Assembly (NCBI RefSeq): GCF_964355755.1
Contig: NC_092678.1
Coordinates: forward strand, 6,526,422 to 6,590,421
Reading direction: 5' to 3'
DNA: 64,000 nt
Source of the DNA: Antedon mediterranea
Taxonomy: Eukaryota; Animalia; Echinodermata
Part shown: one piece after another, positions 23,196-36,194 of the stretch
Layout: each line of letters starts with the position of its first letter
Numbering within the stretch: the stretch's first letter is position 1
Program-made: the position numbers and the translations under genes
The notes under the pieces: generated by a model
Told to the model about the DNA's origin: nothing
The model's input: the letters and a program-made list of their open reading frames with translations, nothing else
Database searches by the model: none

Positions 23196-26100
23196 TATAG
23201 CTTCTAAAGCAATTATTGGCAAATAAAATATTAGTATGATGTTGACAAAATAATCATATGTTCAACTCATCTACATCTGGTAGGAAATTAAAATGCAGTG
23301 TTTAGATTGTTGTTAAATGTTTTACCTATTATCAATCAACAGCCCACTCCAACACAAAAGTGTGGAAGAAAAAAGTCCATTGGCACTTGTAAGTATTTAT
23401 TCAGACTCCTCCCCCTTGGGCTAGCACTTTCCAAGGCCAGTGAAAGCTGTGTGTCTACCCTGTAAAAGTGCACACTTGAGCCTAGGGAATTGATACTTAA
23501 CTCAAGATTTAAGATTTATTTATTTTCATGATTATTTAATTTCATTGGCAGAGACTGCACAGCTATAGTTCATTGAAATAGGAAGGTGGTGGAGTGAATC
23601 TTATTTAAATAGCTAATTATTCTCAATGTAGGCCTAATATGATCATAATTTTATGCTTTTTAAGACATCATTGACAAATCATGATTTGTTTTGTATTATC
23701 ATGGAAACAATGTATGTTTGTTCGTGTCATATAACAACCATTGCAAGGCTATATAAACAGTGCTGTAAATTCAGGCATTGTTTAAAAAATCAAAAAGAGT
23801 TCTAAATATATATATATTACCGAAGAATTATTTAGAGCCTTTGTTAGAGAACATAATGTAGGTGCGGAAATCGGAAGGTTCACCTGCTGTACGTGGTTGG
23901 CCAGGTCAGCGATATTAATCAATATAATAGCAATCTATATTTGTATTTATACGCTATAATACTTTAATCTAAACATGTTTTGTGTCAAATTGGTATGGCT
24001 GGGGTTTGTAGCGCCTCTACCTTAACTGCTTGGCCACTTGATTCAACATCTTAAGCCATTAAATGTACTTGAATCCTGATCTGCCAATTTCTGTAAAATA
24101 AATTTAAATGTGTAGAATAGTCAATTTCGTGCCTAGCTTACCTGGATAAACTGACATAGGCCTTTTCCTCTTCAAGGAGAGAACATAACTCAAAAAGTAA
24201 AAATAATGTGTACAGCTGCATTTAAATGGCTCTTTTTAGTTTTTTTAATGACAGGGACTGAGATGGACCAATAAACCGGGGTACTCTTCCAATAGATCTA
24301 TTGGGTTTTAGGAAAAAACATTGGGTTTTAGGTAAAAACGATATATCATAAAACAAGGCCTGTTGCACAATCTTATTATGTCCAAAAAAGTAGTAGTAGT
24401 ATTATTAAAAAGCAGGTCACTTCAATGGTTCATTTACTTATTGATTCACAGTTGGAACCAGATTTTAAATTCTAATATGTTATTAAGAAGCATTAACCCA
24501 CAAAACACAAAATATTAACATTAATCTTCATACCAAACAATGTTCTATACTTAGATTACCATATTACAAAGAATTATTAATAGCGTTATTGTATATGAAA
24601 AACTAATTTGTCTATAAAACTATGTTGTTGCCGTTGAAAGTGTGCCATAAATTATTATATGGTTTTAATGATGTGTTTTGTAGTCACATCAAAGCTGTCC
24701 GACACATTGCATGTATACATTGCTGTTTAGCCGCAGGAGTTGTTCTCGTTTTCCCATAGGCATGCATAATTGTTTTCTTGACCACTAGTGACCAATTTCA
24801 GGGTATGTAAGCGTCTCATGCTGAATGGTCAGTTTATACAGATTTTCTTATAGCCTGTTTCTACTAGATATTTAAGAGAAAAGTGAAATTTGATGGAATA
24901 TTCATTGAATATTTTGATGACTTCCAAAGAAAGTATCTTTATTTGATTAAAACTTCATACTGTACTGTACATACCTATCAATGGAAAGAGAGGAAGGAGA
25001 TTTTGTGTCTTGCCTAAAGGATACAAGAAGTGCAACAACCGTAGAATTCAAATTTTAAACCCTTACAAAATATTTACTAAATTTGCAAGTTGTTGGACAT
25101 TTTCGGAGATTTAATAAGTCTAGTTTTAGATTAGAATATCTTCTTAAGAAAGAGTATTTTGTATTACATACCACTTTTAATGGAGTCAGTGAATAATGCA
25201 ATGTTCCTGGTTTAGCGTTCCATACCTGGATTACAGTACATTATTATTCCAAACAACTATGCCATCTTTCAGAAATATAGTTTTCAATATACTTTAGAAT
25301 TATAAACCTTATTGGCATTTATTTGACATTTTTATCACAATGGATTTTCAAAACAGAGCCAATGTTAGTAGCAAGATATAAATTTTATGACTTTTCTGAA
25401 ATGAATTTGGTATAAAATTGTTGTTCTATATTTGTTTTGTCTGTATTTATACTGTTTATGATGGCTTTGTCCTTCAACTAAACAATAACTATATTTGATT
25501 AAAGATGTTTTTATTGTAATGTTTACTAGATTTTTTGCATTCATAATATTTTGATACAAAATAAGTTCTTAGATATATTTAGGACTCCCTGCGAGTTTGT
25601 TAATTACTTTCTTTTATAAATGAACGTGTGGCTGACTTATTGCGTGTTTTTACGCTCCAATTAACAGCGCATATTTCCTCTTTTTCTCCTCTGCGGCATA
25701 TTTCAAACGGTTCAAATCATCACCTGGTCCCCTTAGCTAAGCCGCTATTGTTTGTAAGACGTAATGTAACCCGTGCTAGACTATAGACGAATCTTAACTC
25801 TGAAATGTCTTAATTGTGAGAAAATACACAGTTGCAATATTCTTTACAATAGTTTGTATAGATTATAAAAAAAAGAAACGTATGGGTGTTAACCGAGAAG
25901 AATACATGAAAGCCGTTAGTTAACAACTACGTATTGTTCCAATTGTTTCGTACTTGGTACATGCTCAAACACCCGAAAGAATTAGTTGATTTTTCAATTT
26001 TCAAATTAGGTCGTCGGTGGTCAAAACATGAAATTTCTTTTCTTTTTTCACACTTGTGTTGCGCCAAATAAACTAGTAGTGTTTTAATTTGAAACAGTTG

Positions 26101-27809
26101 CCTCTTACGAATGCACGCTGAATTTTTCTTGCTGAATACGCAAGAAAGAAGTTAATGAAAAAACAACGTGTGTCAGATTTCCAAAGAATTCATTATTTTT
26201 GCTTTGTTCAAGTTTGTATTAAGTTTCAAGTTAAGGGTTTAAAGGAATTCAAAATAGAATTTGTGCTCAGATTTTTATTAGGTTTTGAAAATTTGGATAT
26301 AAATTTATGTAATTGATTCTTTTTAAATTATAATATATACTGTACTTAATATTAGTACTAGCTTCTATCAAAAAGGATGATATTTAAATTCTTTGTTTTT
26401 GATTATACTATTATTAAGAAATTGGATACTTGTTCTAAAATTTCAGAAATCAAATTTGATATATAACTTAATTTTAATAGGTAGTTATAATCAGTTATTT
26501 CTGCTAAATAATACTAGCTGAAAATATATTTTACTTTTAAAGTTAGATTTTTTTATGTAAAAAAAAGAATGCATTTTAACTGCATTTTTGCTTCCCAAAT
26601 CCGTGTTAGGTCAGGTAATGTGGGACACATATGTTGCACTGTAATTTTCCTATATACTGAACAAATTATGGATACAGAATTATTTCCTCGCAGCAGAAAC
26701 AGGTCTTTCTGTGGCTATCAATCCCTGGAGTCTGATGAGTAGTCCTACAAGTGTTGGTGGAGCTGTTAAGCATTATTTGAACAGTTTCACCTTACTTCTA
26801 TGCACTTCAAGTGCGGTTTGTATCCTTTATATTTTAAATCATTTTGTGAAATAATTTTTTGTTTGGGTTTACTCGATAATTGCTCGCTTCGAAGTATTAA
26901 ATTGGTTTTTGCGGTCCATCATTAACATAGAATGTTTACTCATGTTCTTAGGATTACTTTGCGAGGCAATCTAACAACGACGCGACGTCTTAAGTGTCGT
27001 CCTCTCGGGAACTTGCAGAGGTATTTGATACTGGTGCAGGCTGTATGAAATTGTAATTTCTTTGTAAGGCTCGATTGGCTGAAGGGTTGAGGAGATATTT
27101 TGTTTCCAATTTTCTTTCCCAAAAGATTGTGATATTGTCTATTTAGGCCGTTGTGCTACTTTAACAACCTTGATAGGCATCAAGATGGTAATTCACTTTC
27201 AAATAAATAACTAATGTCTTCTGAATCAGGTTTATGTTTAGATGGACAAGGCATACTTAAAATGTAAATATGAATAATTAAAATTAGATTAATATTACGC
27301 TTGACCTTGATATATCAAAAATAATAATGCTAATTGTATTTCTTCTTGGCACAATCGCATTTCCATATAACAGGCCGCTTTATGTCTTAAAATATATATA
27401 TGTTTTTAACATTAATCGAGTATATAACAATTTCGTAAACATAAATAAATACAAGTTTCTCATTGGTTGCTTTTACAATATGCATCTAACAGCTGGTGAA
27501 AGGGTTTTTTGTAACTATTCTTAGTATTAAGTTTTAATTATTAAAGAAGTTCATATCATTTTTCTGTTTTAATTAACCTTGAGAAACTCTGCATGTGTCG
27601 TTAAACTTATAACAAAGACCAACTATTCTAATTTTTGAACGGTGAAGCATGAACCCTATTTTCACTTTCATCATAAATTTCCTTAATTATATTAATAAAT
27701 TATTTATTTGACAATAAGTACTGTATTGTATTGTAAAAATCGTCCACAGAAACGGAGAAAATTTTGATTAGAGAAATCAACACCATAGAGATAATTGTAT
27801 GTATACTTG

Positions 27810-27920
27810 ACCAATGGCTTTATATCCAATCCAAAGGATGAGGCAATGAGAGTAAAGTACCTTAGCTAAGAATAAAAGTGATAGTACAGACACTTACAGG
27901 TTTTAAACCTATGCCTCTCA
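27810..27920 (-). mobile_element. Decayed SINE remnant
   Basis: caatggctttatatccaatccaaaggatgaggcaatgagagtaaagtaccttagctaag resembles 945-980 and 55470-55535. Confidence 0.4.
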
Positions 27921-28421
27921 CATGATATAGTCAGATATCCATATCATTTTTTTCAAATTGCTCTTAATCTGTTAAGAATGATTATAAGCATGAATAAATA
28001 ATAATAATATACCCTCAATTTATGCATTACCAGTAAAGACAAAATCTTATACTGTTAATCTGCAAAAGAATAACATAGTCAAAATTTTAATGATTTAATT
28101 TGTTATTTTGCAAAATGAAGATTTTTTTAAATGCATGTATAATATTATGTGTCAAGTCAAACAAATATTGATGAAGCCCTAATGAGCTTGTTACTCATCT
28201 CAATGAATTACTTAAATTTGCGACTTCCTGTAAATGCCACGTAAAAAAGCTGTAATCATTTGTTACCATGGTAACCTGTAAACATAATTCATTTGAAGAT
28301 GTATAGAAGATTATATATAATGGAAATCATGAGAAATTAGAAATTAGATGAAGATGATATGACAAGTGTAATATAAGATATTGCATTGATAGATAATAGC
28401 ACACCAGAAGATACTTCTTAT

Positions 28422-29250
28422 TATCTTGTTGGAAATTTCTTCCTTCTTTCTATCTTTTTGGCAATTTCTTTCTTCCTTCTTCCTATCTTGTTGGCAATTT
28501 CTCCTTTCTTCCTATCTTGTTGGTAATTTCTCCTTTCATTCTATCTTGTTGCCAATTTCTTCCTTCTTCCTATCTTGTTGGCAATTTCTTTCTTCCTTCT
28601 TCCTATCTTGTTGGCAATTTCTTCCTTCTTCCTATCTTTTTGGCAATTTCTTTCTCCATTCATTATCTTGTTGGCAATTTCTTCTTTCTTCCTATCTTGT
28701 TGGTAATTTCTCCTTTCATTCTATCTTGTTGCCAATTTCTTCCTTCTTTCTTTCTTTTTTGGCAATTTCTTTCTTCCTTCTTCCTATCTTGTTGGCAATT
28801 TCTTTCTTCCTTCTTCCTATCTTGTTGGCATTTTCTTTCTTCCTTCTTCCTATCTTGTTGGCAATTTCTTTCTTCCTTCTTCCTATCTTTTTGGCAATTT
28901 CTTTCTTCCTTCTTCCTATCTTGTTGGCAATTTCTTTCTTCCTTCTTCCTATCTTGTTGGCAATTTCTTTCTTCCTTCTTCCTATCTTGTTGGCAATTTC
29001 TCTTTTCTTTCTATCTTGTTGCCAATTTCTTCCTTCTTTTTATCTTTTTTGGCAATTTCTTTCTTCTTCCTTCTTCTTATCTTGTTGCAAATTTCTTCTT
29101 TCTATCTTGTTGGCAATTTCTCCTGTCTTTCTATCTTGTTGGCAATTTTTCCTTCTTTCTATCCCAATATTGGCAATTCCTGAATTTATTCTATCTCAAT
29201 ATTTGCAATTCCTACATTCATTCATTCTATCCCAATATTGGCAATTTCTC
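28422..29250. repeat. Pyrimidine-rich degenerate minisatellite, 29-33-bp unit, roughly 27 copies
   Basis: Core ctatcttgttggcaatttct plus variable (cttc/ttc) spacers. It explains the 277-aa and 280-aa ORFs. Confidence 0.95.
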
Positions 29251-29896
29251 CATTTTTAACATCATCCTATTATATGCTATGTTGCATTTTGTCTTCTTAA
29301 ACTACTATGAACAGTTATATAAAAAACTTTTTTTTTCAAAGAATGTTATTATAAACTAGAGTCATTATTTTTTATAAAGTTAATTTATGACAATTTCCAG
29401 CAAACACACTAAACCTTGTAATATATATGGTTTATGTATGTGATTTCATTTGAAATGGATAGTTTAGTTGCTTGATCATTACTACAGCATAGTAAAGCAA
29501 ATATATATTTCTGTATTCTGTAATCAATGCTGTCTTGGTTGCCATGGAAACAAATGATGCCCCCAAGCTTGCAGGAGAATAAATGTCTTGATATTTAAAA
29601 TAGTAATTCTTTATGTTTACCCAGAAGCCTTTACAGTAACCTTAGAACTATATCAAGGTGAAATCGAAAATGGACATTTTTTATTTGAAACATAGTAAAT
29701 GTATAGTCTTAAATTATATGTCACAATTTCTGATATCCAAAATAAATTTTAGAGAATAGAAAAGAAATTTCTGTATAGAATCTAGACAATTTTTTAAATC
29801 AGTAAATATACAATATACAATTGTCTCTTCAAATTCTATCCTTGCAACATCAAAAAATATTTCTTGAAAAATATAATAATCTATCAAAAACAACAA

Positions 29897-30120
29897 GTTC
29901 TGTAAAAATAACCATGGAACCATAAGGAATTTCTGGTCTTTTTAGAAATGACTATGGGGCCACAAGGAAATTCAGGTCTTTGTAGAAATGATCGTGGGAC
30001 CATAAGAAAAGTCTGTGTAGAAATGATGGAAGGACCATAATGAGTATTTTTATTTTTGTAGTAAAAGAACCATGAGACCATAAGCAACTTCTGGTCTATA
30101 TAAAAAGGACCATAAGAAAA
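29897..30120. repeat. Old degenerate tandem repeat, about 40-bp unit, about 6 copies
   Basis: The cca(t/c)aa anchor occurs at 29920, 29960, 30000, 30035, 30078 and 30110, mostly preceded by tagaaatga-like words. Confidence 0.75.
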
Positions 30121-30195
30121 TTATTTTACAATAACTTATCTTATAAATGAGGAGACACATTAAACCCTCTTGAATTTACTCCTGAAATTGTTTAA

Positions 30196-31245
30196 CACTT
30201 TGACTGCCAAACACGAAGATCTTCGTTTTTGGAAACACAACGCTTGACTGCCAAAAACGAAGATCTTCGTTTTTCGCGTTTTTTTACGAAATCCGGTAGA
30301 TAGGTTAATTATTGGTATATACTATAAATATGAACACTATATTCGGTCTGGACCGTCAATATTTTACAATTTGAAAGTAACTAATCTGGTTACGAACGAC
30401 TGTCAAAATGGTACCTGTCGAAATAACAAACACCGCGCATCACAGTAGCGCGTAGAGCGATGGCTTGGCGCATTGTGTATCGGTCGCGCGCTAGCTATGC
30501 CGCCGAAGCATTACAAAGGTTTTTGTGGATTGACATGTTTGTTTGTTATCTGAATAAAAAATAATGGAGTCATTTTCAATATGAAGTCTTTAATTTTATT
30601 ATTGTATGTATACCCTAATTGTTTTGGTGTTTTACTGAAAGTAACCGAGTTTCACGCAACAAACTTGTTTTGAAATGGGATGGTTATTATCATCAGTTTA
30701 CTATCTCCTAGGCCTAGGCTAGTAGTACTAGGCTAGCCTAGCCCTAGTCGTAAAACGGTTCCGGACCAACTTTAGGCTTGGTTAACTAGGCCTGGTGTCT
30801 TTACTATGTGGATTTTGGCGAAACATTGATGTAAGATTTATGATTTATAAAATGTAATACATTTTTCGATAGTGATAACTTGTTTTTATAGGCCTATCGG
30901 TGCCGTGTAAGTAACTTTTTCGTTGTTTGTTGATCTCACCGGGCGATATTTTCATATTGTGATGTCTTGCACAAAATCGCGATTATCTCGACTTTCTTGC
31001 GCGAAACTACGAAAAATTCAAAAAGTGGGTTACTTTCATTTTACTATTACGATTTACATATTGCGATTTAAAAATCGTTCTTGGTACCATTGTAAAGCTA
31101 AAATCTTTATGATTATTTTAGTCTAAATTACATATAAATCAGATCACATACATGGTTTCAATCAGCTTTAATAAAAACATCGAATTGGGCTAAAAACGCT
31201 GGCGGTGGCAGTTTCTAACTGGAAAAACCTCTGGCAGTCAAAGTG
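30196..31245. mobile_element. piggyBac-type MITE, 1050 bp
   Basis: TTAA at 30192-95 and 31246-49; perfect 14-bp TIR cactttgactgcca / tggcagtcaaagtg; duplicated subterminal ttgactgccaaa(c/a)acgaagatcttcgttttt containing the palindrome acgaagatcttcgt. Confidence 0.95.
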
Positions 31246-32046
31246 TTAATGAGTGAGTTATTTCAAAAAGCTATTGTATCAAGCTCTAATCTAGCAGTGT
31301 CTTCAGAGACAATAGCTTTGTCTGTAGCCTTTTAAACTTTATTAGCTTAACTTATTACTTAGTCCTCTATTTGTTTCTGTTATGCGTGCCCTTATTTTAA
31401 CCGTCTCTTTGCATCAATAGAAAAAAATGTTATTTTCGACATATAACAAATCTATTATCACCTTTTCCATTTGAAGATCAACATTATATTAATGAATGTT
31501 TCGCAAGATCAAAAAACAACACTATACATAATGATTTTTCAATCTGCATTTCTTATTATTTTTAGTATGTTTCATTATCTTTATTATTGCAAAATCTTTT
31601 TATTATTAAAGTATTTCAATCACACTTTGTAATCACTCTCTCAACCTTGTTCACATTTTTTTACGCTCGCATAAAACATGCTTATTGCTATTACCGTTGT
31701 CATTGAAATGTAAATCGCAATTCAATTTAAATACATGAAATATTAAGACTTCATTTGGAAACAAGTTAAACATAGTATTTTGAATAGTTTTGTTCAGTGT
31801 TATTGCATACTGTACAATATTATTATAACTGTTCAATTGCTTTATGTACTTCTTCACATGTGTTTCTGGAATTGTTTTAACAATATCGTAAATGATTAAA
31901 TAAACACCACAACATAGAAATGTTTCTGAACATTTGCGATTGGATGTGGTGTTGCGCTATAATTTAGCATTTAGCCAAATTATGTTGTTTATTATTTCAA
32001 TGATTCTTGGCATTTGATTTTTATTCAAAAGACATTTTTATAGCCC

Positions 32047-32485
32047 GTGGTTAACTCTCAACAACTCAACTTTCAGAAACTCTCCCAAAACAAGACTTGA
32101 GGTCCAGAAAGTCCTAATTCTTTTTTACCATTTGGAATACCAGACTTTCCAGAAAACCAGACATTGGGCCAGCCCAAGGGTGTCCGGTATTAGGAGAGTT
32201 GACTGTATCACAAGCTTCTGTTTTGTACAGTTTGTTTATAATCATTAGCTATGATTTTTTTTACAGTCAACTCCTAAATATAGTACTTTCTGAAAACAAG
32301 ACTTTTCTTGAGGTCCGTATAGTCCTAAATTCTTTTTTTTTTACTATTTGGAATACCAGATTTTCCAGAAAACCAGACTATGATTAGGCCAGCCCAAGGG
32401 TGTCCGGTATTAGGAGATTTGACTCTCTCACCATCTTATTTTTTGTATAGTTTGTTTATAGCCATTGTCTATGAATGTTTTTAAT
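32047..32485. mobile_element. Tc1/mariner-type MITE duplicated in tandem with its flank (220-bp period)
   Basis: TA-cagtcaactcc start (about 32265) and gagagttgactg-TA end (about 32205). ggccagcccaagggtgtccggtattaggaga occurs at 32167 and 32387, and the downstream flank agtttgtttata..catt..ctatga is also duplicated. Confidence 0.85.
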
Positions 32486-33058
32486 AGGGTTAATGTCCTT
32501 TTCTCTCAATACCGTCGATTTTATTTTATTACCCAGAAAAACATATTTTTATAGCATTTACAATTTCTATGTTTTGCCGCCAATGTGAACTATTTGAAGA
32601 CAATGTAATATGTTGTTTTTATTGGTTACAAATATGAATAGTAATGTATACCTATTAATTATTAATGCCTATAAAATACACATTTAGTTGAAATTTGTAA
32701 TGATTTTTAAGCTTACACAATATGGTATCAACGACTATGAAGTGATAAAGCATAAGGTACATCCATAAAATCATAAACAGAAGAATAGTAGAATACCAGT
32801 AATTGTGGTAGCTGATAGTTTATTAAATATTTATTATATAGTAGAACCTCTGTCCTTAAAGATGAAGAACACATCATTCGTGTGGGAAATCACAGCCTAA
32901 ACACTGTGAATTAGAAGGTGCCCCAGTGTGTGATTATCTGCTCTGTGGTTTAGGATATAAAATACAAGACTTCAGCATTACAGTTATTATAGCTATAATT
33001 ATACAATATTACTCTGTATTTTTTTAACATATATTCTTTGACATGGAACAAAACATCA

Positions 33059-33250
33059 GTCGATTGGGCGAGCAGTTAATGCAAGAGCGCCGCAAACAAT
33101 AGCTATACAATCGGCATGGGTTCTAAACACTCCTTGACCATTGCTCTGGTGGTAGAACAGGTCTTCTCGGATAATGACTTTAAGCTGGAGGTTCAGTGTA
33201 CACATCTGGCTCATGTAAACCTTAAGGAACCCAGTACAGTTCAGTATGTT
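33059..33250 (+). mobile_element. Diverged, 3'-truncated copy of the Deu/Nin-like SINE
   Basis: atcggcatgggttc...ctggtggtagaacaggtcttctcggataatgact...cagtgtacacatctggctcatgt...ttaaggaacccagtaca matches the reverse complement of 2486-2806. Confidence 0.85.
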
Positions 33251-33772
33251 TTGCCAAGTACTTCACTCAGTTTCTGAGTGCTTTCATCTTCATATTGGTG
33301 GCATAAAGATTCAATAGTTATATTATATGCAATAATTATTTTCACATACTAATTTTATTTTCTTAATTGGTTGAATTCTTATTGTTCCTTTATAATGTCT
33401 CTGTTTCTAATCTTATAATCTGAAATTATTCACTGGGTTCTATATTGTGAGCTCCTAAATTCATTATAATTTGAATGTTTACTTGAAATCTTCCGGTGTT
33501 TGCCTGTCAAAGAAATTTGCATGTTTTTTTTTATTGCAATTATGAAGGAAATGGAATTTTTAATACATTGTTAATTTCATAAAGCTGCTTGTTGATAACC
33601 AGTTGTCATGGTGATGAATACAATGTAATTGTAGGCAACTGAATGAGATGAATAAATGCGTCAAGACATTTTTTTCCAATTTATTAAGAATGAAAATTAT
33701 TGATTTTGTGAAAAATGCCAGAATTTCTGTCAAAAATTTTTTTTTTTGCAAGAGGTTGTAAAAAATGTTTTT

Positions 33773-33830
33773 GACTAGGATTCGAACCTATAAGCTTAAG
33801 ATTAGTAAGCAAGCATGAAAACCACCAAGT
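33773..33830 (-). mobile_element. tRNA-derived SINE head remnant
   Basis: Perfect B box GGTTCGAATCC on the minus strand, with a degenerate A box (ttggtgg) about 35 nt upstream. Confidence 0.4.
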
Positions 33831-35313
33831 TTCAGTACCATAACAATTTAAAAATCATTTACCTTACCTTTACCTTACAATTATTAGTGAATTTTAATTC
33901 AATCATCGACATAGAAGATCTCTTTATTATCTTTTGATCTTTTTGCGAATTATTGGTTTTCTTATGATGATGCCGTCTTATTACAAAATCTCTTCAGCTT
34001 TCTCCATTCTGACATTTAGTCATTTGGCCGTATTTGCATAATTAATTACATTGTCGTCTTTAATTATTTCTTTGCACTATATTACCTGTGATTCACTCTT
34101 AATAGTGCAGCAAACTCTAAGACTAAATTAACATCATCATTTTTCATTTCTTATAAAGTGAGATTATGTTTATTTTTATCTCAAAACAACATTAATAATT
34201 TTTTAATTTATTACTGCTTTTGAGGCGTTAAAACCGTCTACCAGTCTACGCTTCGTTAGCTCCATCCATTTGCTTGAATTGTTCTCTTCTTATCTAAATT
34301 CGCAGAACTTTCTCATGCGCAATAACCAAGTAGGTAGACGGAGGTCATATAAGGGCCAATGTCCGAGTAAACAAAGTTCTATTGAAAGATTAGAAAACAA
34401 TAAACGCTCACGAACCATCCTTTCCAATTTAAGTTTTCCTTGCAATTATTTCATAAGTAAAGATTTTTCCTAATTTGCATTTGAGTAGATTAACGTATAA
34501 CTATTTGCGATTATTTATCCGGTAGATTCTGAATATCGACGGTTATTGAACTTTACGATAACCATAATATTACACATGATAGATAATGATAAACGCTCAG
34601 AGTTTCACTAAAACAATTTCACATTCGTAGTTGAATAGACTTACAGCAATCCAATTAATTCATTAACTAGATTTACTAATTAATCTAATTTTTCCTACCG
34701 AGTTGCTAACCCTACGCGGCATTTTAATTTTCTTGTCAGACCGGATTTGACCTAGAAATTTTAATGATATTATGTATCCTGTTCAACATTAATGTTTGTT
34801 TCATCCTCCTCTAATGCTTGAATTTTTTTGAAATAAAATTACTTAATAGTAAAAACAACTTATAATTTGTTAAAACCTACTTACAAATACAGAAAAGAAC
34901 ATGTCCACAAAATAAAAACAAAACTGTGTTAATTAACCTTCACATAAACTGTTATCGACACCAGTAAATTATGCAGATTCAAGTTTTATATATGAATGAA
35001 TGAAAAAATATAATTGTTAAAGATACGGTAGTATGTGAAGTTCAACGTTTCATTTTCCAATTTGTTGACCAACCCCTCCATTCCTCCTCCCCATCTTCTT
35101 TCCGCCCGCCCTCCTCCCTAGGCAGATGATCTTAAAATAGGATTGTTTACATTAAATATAGTTCCCTCATTTCCTATTTCTATATACAGTAGTTTGTTGC
35201 TTTGTTTCCTCCCATTTAAAGTACAGGTGCTTGTTTTATTTATTATTTTTTTACGATGCAATATACCATATTTGTTGACCTTGAGGTGAGGCTGTATCTT
35301 TGTTCATATCAAA

Positions 35314-36194
35314 GGCCCCGTTTCTGCTGCCCAAAATATACCGTATATATACGGTATATTTTATATACGGTATATTTTTTGGCAGCAGAAATGGGTCTCA
35401 TAAAAAATATACCGTATATATATGCGGTATATATACCGCATAAATATCCCCATCGTTTGTGGATATTATACGGTATATTCCAAAATATACCGTATATTTC
35501 GTACCCCGTTTCTGCTGCACTCAAAATATACCGTATATGTGACCCGGCCCATGACACGAGGTCAAAAACTAACAGAGCGTGATGCGTTTGTTTGGTTTTT
35601 CTGCTGCATTGACACACACGTGTATAATAAGCAAGCAACAGATCAAAATATCACTGTGGACTGAAGAAATAACTATTTTTGCAATTCAATTGTGGGGAGA
35701 AGCGAAGGTTGGGGTGGGGGGGGGGGGAGACTGCATGGCAACAGAAGAGATACCGAGATTTACAAAAGTATCTCAAACAAAATAAAAGCAGAATTTGTGG
35801 TAGACTTAATAACGCCAAAGTTATCGGCAAACGCCGTCGTCTTCTTTGCATAAATCTAGTCAATGCCCATTCTACATTTCTAGATTGTTTGTGTGATGTA
35901 AATTCGTTGCCACTTCTGATCATTAGATTTAAAATAGAAAACAATGCTAAGACGTTTTGAGAAACCATCATTGTTTTGTTTTTGTCATGTAACCTCACTA
36001 CACTAGACTCTAGGTCAATCCATACTTCCGTCTCACAAAATGCATTTTGGGTAATGAAAGCCAACTTTTTTACAGCCCACCCACGAAGTATGTGCAGCGG
36101 AAACGGTGCACGAATTTCATATACGGTATATATACGGTATATTTATACGGTATATTTATACGGTATATTTGGGATTGGCAGCAGAAACAGGGCC
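35314..36194. mobile_element. PIF/Harbinger internal-deletion derivative, 881 bp
   Basis: 18-bp TIR ggccccgtttctgctgcc / ggcagcagaaacagggcc with one mismatch; AAA on both flanks; subterminal (tatacggtata)n arrays; extra internal TIR-like copies at about 35381-35398, 35503-35520 and 36092-36108. Confidence 0.9.
35630..35710 (+). pseudogene. Stub of a Myb/SANT-like (trihelix) DNA-binding ORF of a Harbinger element
   Basis: The translation SKQQIKISLWTEEITIFAIQLWGEAKV resembles the WTxEET..LI..W.E first helix of Harbinger Myb/SANT proteins; it breaks off at a poly-G run. Confidence 0.55.

Noticed and set aside
26655-26790. Possible exon or LINE RT fragment (LWIQNYFL...RKQV-like words)
   Set aside because: It needs several frameshifts to resemble an RT motif and has no clear donor site, so it cannot be supported without a search.
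28426-29359. 277-aa and 280-aa ORFs, the longest in the track
   Set aside because: They are overlapping frames through a pyrimidine minisatellite with frame-shifting unit lengths, give low-complexity F/L/S products, and start at non-ATG codons.
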